Shown piece by piece: positions 60,984-64,000 of a DNA stretch of 64,000 nucleotides. Made by a program: the position numbers and the translations under genes. The notes under the pieces were generated by a model. That model saw only the letters and a list, made by a program, of their open reading frames with translations, had not been told where the DNA came from and made no database searches. The stretch is from the NCBI GenBank assembly GCA_963775225.1, contig CAVZHW010000007.1:1651-65650 (forward strand). Direction: 5' to 3'. How positions within the stretch are numbered: the first letter of the stretch is position 1; every line of letters starts with the position of its first letter. Source of the stretch: an uncultured Chloroflexia bacterium. Its GTDB lineage: Bacteria; Chloroflexota; Limnocylindria; Limnocylindrales; CSP1-4.

Positions 60984-62108
60984 ATGTGGTCGTCGATCGC
61001 CGCTTGTTCAGCCGCGCGCCATAAACTTCATCGCGTGGAGCCTCACGACACGCTTGAGCCGACCGACGGTCCGCTGACCTTCGAGGAGTTGCAGCTCGCC
61101 ACGCGCAACCGCGGGCTGCCGCTCGAGGCGATGCGCTACGACATCACCCCGACCGGTCTGCACTACCTGTTGGTCCACTTCGACATCCCGGCGATCGATC
61201 CTGCGCACTGGCGCCTGCGTCTGGGCGGCCTGATGCGACGGCCGGTCGAGCTGACGCTCGAAGAGCTGCGACGGCGTCCGCGGCGCACGCTGGCGGTGAC
61301 ACTCGAGTGTGCCGGCAACGGACGGGCAGGACTGTCGCCACGGCCACTCAGCCAGCCGTGGCTGCTCGAGGCGATCGGCACCGCCGAGTGGACCGGCACG
61401 CCGCTCGCGGGCGTGCTCGCCGATGCCGGCCTTCTCGACGAGGCGGCCGAGCTGGTGTTCACCGGCGCCGATCGTGGCATGCAGGCCGAAATCGAGCAGG
61501 AATATGCGCGCAGCCTGACGGTCGCCGATGCGCGCCGCCCGGAGGTGTTGCTGGCCTACGAGATGAATGGCCGCCCGCTCGAGCCGCAGCACGGCTTCCC
61601 GCTGCGCCTGGTCGTGCCCGGCTGGTATGGCATGACCAGCGTCAAGTGGCTGACGAGCATCGCGGCCATCGATCAGCCATTCGAGGGCTACCAGCAGACG
61701 CCCGCATACCACTACCAGGCCACCGACGACGAGCTCGGCGAGCCGGTAACCCGCATGCGCCCGCGGGCGCTGATGATTCCGCCCGGTATCCCGGACTTCT
61801 TCAGCAGGCGGCGGTTGGTGGAAGCGGGTGCGATAAGCCTGGGCGGCCGTGCGTGGTCGGGCGAGGCGCCCATCGCCCGGGTGGATGTCGGCGTGGACGG
61901 GAAATGGTCGCCGGCAGAGGTGGAACCGTCGGTCGGCCCGTACGCCTGGCGGGGCTGGTCGGCCGAGTGGCAGGCGTCCCCCGGTGGCCATGAACTGAGC
62001 TGCCGCGCAGTAGACGAGGCGGGCAACGAGCAGCCCCTCGAGCAACCATGGAACTACCAGGGCATGGGTAACAATCTGGTCCAGGTCGTCCGGGTGGAAG
62101 TCCGATGA
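60984..62108 (+). CDS. sulfite-oxidase-family molybdopterin oxidoreductase (no signal peptide)
   Basis: TLECAGNGR Mo-ligand Cys motif, GFPLRLVVPGWYGMTSVKWL, and a C-terminal dimerisation/Ig-like domain. Confidence 0.85.
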   Translation: MWSSIAACSAARHKLHRVEPHDTLEPTDGPLTFEELQLATRNRGLPLEAMRYDITPTGLHYLLVHFDIPAIDPAHWRLRLGGLMRRPVELTLEELRRRPRRTLAVTLECAGNGRAGLSPRPLSQPWLLEAIGTAEWTGTPLAGVLADAGLLDEAAELVFTGADRGMQAEIEQEYARSLTVADARRPEVLLAYEMNGRPLEPQHGFPLRLVVPGWYGMTSVKWLTSIAAIDQPFEGYQQTPAYHYQATDDELGEPVTRMRPRALMIPPGIPDFFSRRRLVEAGAISLGGRAWSGEAPIARVDVGVDGKWSPAEVEPSVGPYAWRGWSAEWQASPGGHELSCRAVDEAGNEQPLEQPWNYQGMGNNLVQVVRVEVR

Positions 62109-64000
62109 GCATCGCCGCCGCCGGGACCACGTCGCTGCTGTTCACCGACATCGAGGGATCGACGAAGCTGCTGCAGCGGCTGGGTGATGCCTACGCCGGA
62201 CTACTGGCCGAGCATCACCGGCTGCTGCGTGAGGTCTTTGCGCGGCACGGTGGGAGCGAGCTCGACAACCAGGGCGACGGCTTCTACTACCGTTTCCCCA
62301 GCGCGCGCGCGGCGGTCGCCGCCGCAGTTGACGGCCAGCGGGCGCTGGCCGGTTTCGCGTGGCCGGACGGAGTCGAGGTGCGGGTGCGCATGGGCCTCCA
62401 TACCGGCGAACCGCTGGCCGCCGAGATTGGCCTGGTTGGCATTGACGTCCACCGCACGGCGCGTATCTGTGCCGCTGGCCACGGAGGCCAGGTCCTTCTT
62501 TCGCGGGTAGCGCGTGACCTGGTCGGCCGCGAGCTGCCGGGCGGCGTAACGCTGCTCGATCTGGGCGAGCATCGGCTGAAGGACTTGGCCGAGCCGGAGC
62601 ACCTGTTCCAGGTCGTGGCTGAAGGTCTGCCGCTCGACTTCCCATCACTGCGGACGCTCGACGACCGACCAACCAATCTGCCACGCCGGTTGTCGACGTT
62701 CGTCGGCCGAGAACGCGAGCTGGCCGAGGGTCGCGAGCTGCTCGCGTCCTCGCCCCTGGTAACGCTCACCGGACCGGGCGGGGTGGGCAAGACGCGGCTG
62801 GCGCTGCAGATCGCGCTGGCGATGCTCGACGGCCTGCCCGACGGCGTATGGCTGGCCGAACTGGGCAGCGTGTCCGATGAGGGGCTGGTGCTGCAGGCGG
62901 TGGCCGAGGCACTCAAGGTGACCGAGCAGCCCGGGCGGCCGCTCATCGACACCGTACTCGATCATCTTCACTCGCGGCAGCTGTGCCTCGTGCTCGACAA
63001 TTGCGAGCACGTCCTCCGCACGTGCGCCGAGATCGCCTACGAGGTCCTGCGCGAAACCGACACGCGCATCCTCGCGACCAGCCGCGAGGCCCTTGGGGTC
63101 GAGGGTGAGCACGTGCTGCCGGTCCCGTCGCTCGAGTTGCCCACCGGGGACCGGCGGCTCACCGCCGCGACGTCACTCCGGTCGGCCGCGGTGCGGCTGT
63201 TTCTCGATCGCGCGACGGCCGCGCAGCCGTCTTTCCAGCTGACCGACGACAACGCCGGCGTCGTGGTCCAGCTGTGCCGCCGCCTCGACGGTGTGCCGCT
63301 GGCGCTCGAGTTGGCCGCCGCGCGCATGCGTGCGCTGCCCGTCGAGCAGATCGCGGCCCGTCTCGACGATCGGTTCCGGCTGCTCACCGGCGGCAGTCGC
63401 ATGGCGGTGACCAGGCACCAGACGCTGCGCGCGACGATGGACTGGAGTCACGACCTGCTGGCCGAGGACGAACGCGCGGTCTTCCGTCGCCTGGCAGCCT
63501 TTGCCGGCGGCTGCAGCCTCGCTGCCGCAGAGGCCGTGACTGCGGGCGACGACGTCGTGAGCGAGGACGTCCTCGATGTCGTTACGAAGCTCGTCGACAA
63601 GTCGCTCGTCGTGCCGGCAGCGACCGACGGCCAAGCGCGCTTCACCATGCACGAGACCGTCCGTGCCTACGCCCGCGACAAGCTGGTCGATGCTGGCGAG
63701 GCCGAGGCCGTCCAGCGCGCCCACCGCGACTGGTACCTGGCGCTGGTCGAGCAGGCAAAGCCCGAGTTCTTCCGTGGTCCGCCGCCGCGCGACTGGCTGG
63801 CGGTCTTCGATCTGGAGCAGGACAACCTGCGACTCGCCCTCGAGTGGAGCGCGGCCGAAGCAGGTGGCGCGCTGGCCGGCCTGCGCCTGGCGGCCGGCCT
63901 GTGGCGTTACTGGGAGATCCGCAGCAGGGTGGTCGAGGGCAGGCTGTGGCTGGAACGCACCCTGCAGGCGACGGACGGTGAGGTATCCAGCCTGCGCGCC
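62105..64000 (+). CDS. class III adenylate/guanylate cyclase - NB-ARC/STAND ATPase - TPR protein (3' partial, runs off window)
   Basis: The frame is open from ATG 62105 to the window end. Motifs are LLFTDIEGST, NQGDGFYYRF, GLHTGE, GIDVHRTARI, Walker A GPGGVGKTRLA and Walker B CLVLDNCEH, followed by helical repeats. The gene is absent from the ORF track only because it has no stop in the window. Confidence 0.85.
   Translation, partial: MSIAAAGTTSLLFTDIEGSTKLLQRLGDAYAGLLAEHHRLLREVFARHGGSELDNQGDGFYYRFPSARAAVAAAVDGQRALAGFAWPDGVEVRVRMGLHTGEPLAAEIGLVGIDVHRTARICAAGHGGQVLLSRVARDLVGRELPGGVTLLDLGEHRLKDLAEPEHLFQVVAEGLPLDFPSLRTLDDRPTNLPRRLSTFVGRERELAEGRELLASSPLVTLTGPGGVGKTRLALQIALAMLDGLPDGVWLAELGSVSDEGLVLQAVAEALKVTEQPGRPLIDTVLDHLHSRQLCLVLDNCEHVLRTCAEIAYEVLRETDTRILATSREALGVEGEHVLPVPSLELPTGDRRLTAATSLRSAAVRLFLDRATAAQPSFQLTDDNAGVVVQLCRRLDGVPLALELAAARMRALPVEQIAARLDDRFRLLTGGSRMAVTRHQTLRATMDWSHDLLAEDERAVFRRLAAFAGGCSLAAAEAVTAGDDVVSEDVLDVVTKLVDKSLVVPAATDGQARFTMHETVRAYARDKLVDAGEAEAVQRAHRDWYLALVEQAKPEFFRGPPPRDWLAVFDLEQDNLRLALEWSAAEAGGALAGLRLAAGLWRYWEIRSRVVEGRLWLERTLQATDGEVSSLRA

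Overview
High-GC (about 70% by eye) bacterial chromosome segment, roughly 90% coding. It holds 68 protein genes or pseudogenes (all but five on the + strand) and eight tRNA genes in three clusters. The content is core housekeeping in a Bacillus/Chloroflexi-type (Terrabacteria) macro-synteny: secF-pyrF-tatAC-rapZ-yvcK-whiA-tpiA-gpmI-secG; M23<>lemA-htpX; rpsF-ssb-rpsR; ileS-lspA-rluD; priA-def-fmt-rlmN-rpe-dtd; rpmB<>asp23-yloV-recG-rsmD-coaD; yceD-rpmF-plsX-nusB-acpP-rnc-smc-ftsY; ffh-(unknown)-rpsP-KH-rimM-trmD-rplS-rnhB-yraN; rpsB-tsf-pyrH-frr-uppS-cdsA-dxr-rseP-ispG. I saw no CRISPR array, transposase, integrase, phage gene, toxin-antitoxin pair or recognisable defence gene, and I did not find a convincing novel multi-gene system. 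The best non-housekeeping candidates are four. (1) The 3' end module at 60.2-64 kb: a two-TM protein divergent from a signal-less sulfite-oxidase-fold Mo enzyme that is translationally coupled (ATGA) to a class III cyclase-NB-ARC/STAND-TPR protein. (2) An internally deleted paralogue remnant of that cyclase-STAND gene next to a tRNA cluster. (3) An orphan TadZ/CpaE-like pseudo-receiver ParA ATPase with no tad locus in the window. (4) A recurrent TANNNT-N6-9-start-codon geometry that suggests widespread leaderless mRNAs. Main caveat: about 30 reading-frame breaks interrupt otherwise well-conserved genes, many of them essential (rpsF, ssb, rpsR, ileS, priA, smc, pyrF, whiA). About 24 of these fall within 14.2-17.6 kb. 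This pattern looks like consensus indel error rather than biology, so start, stop and pseudogene calls there are provisional.
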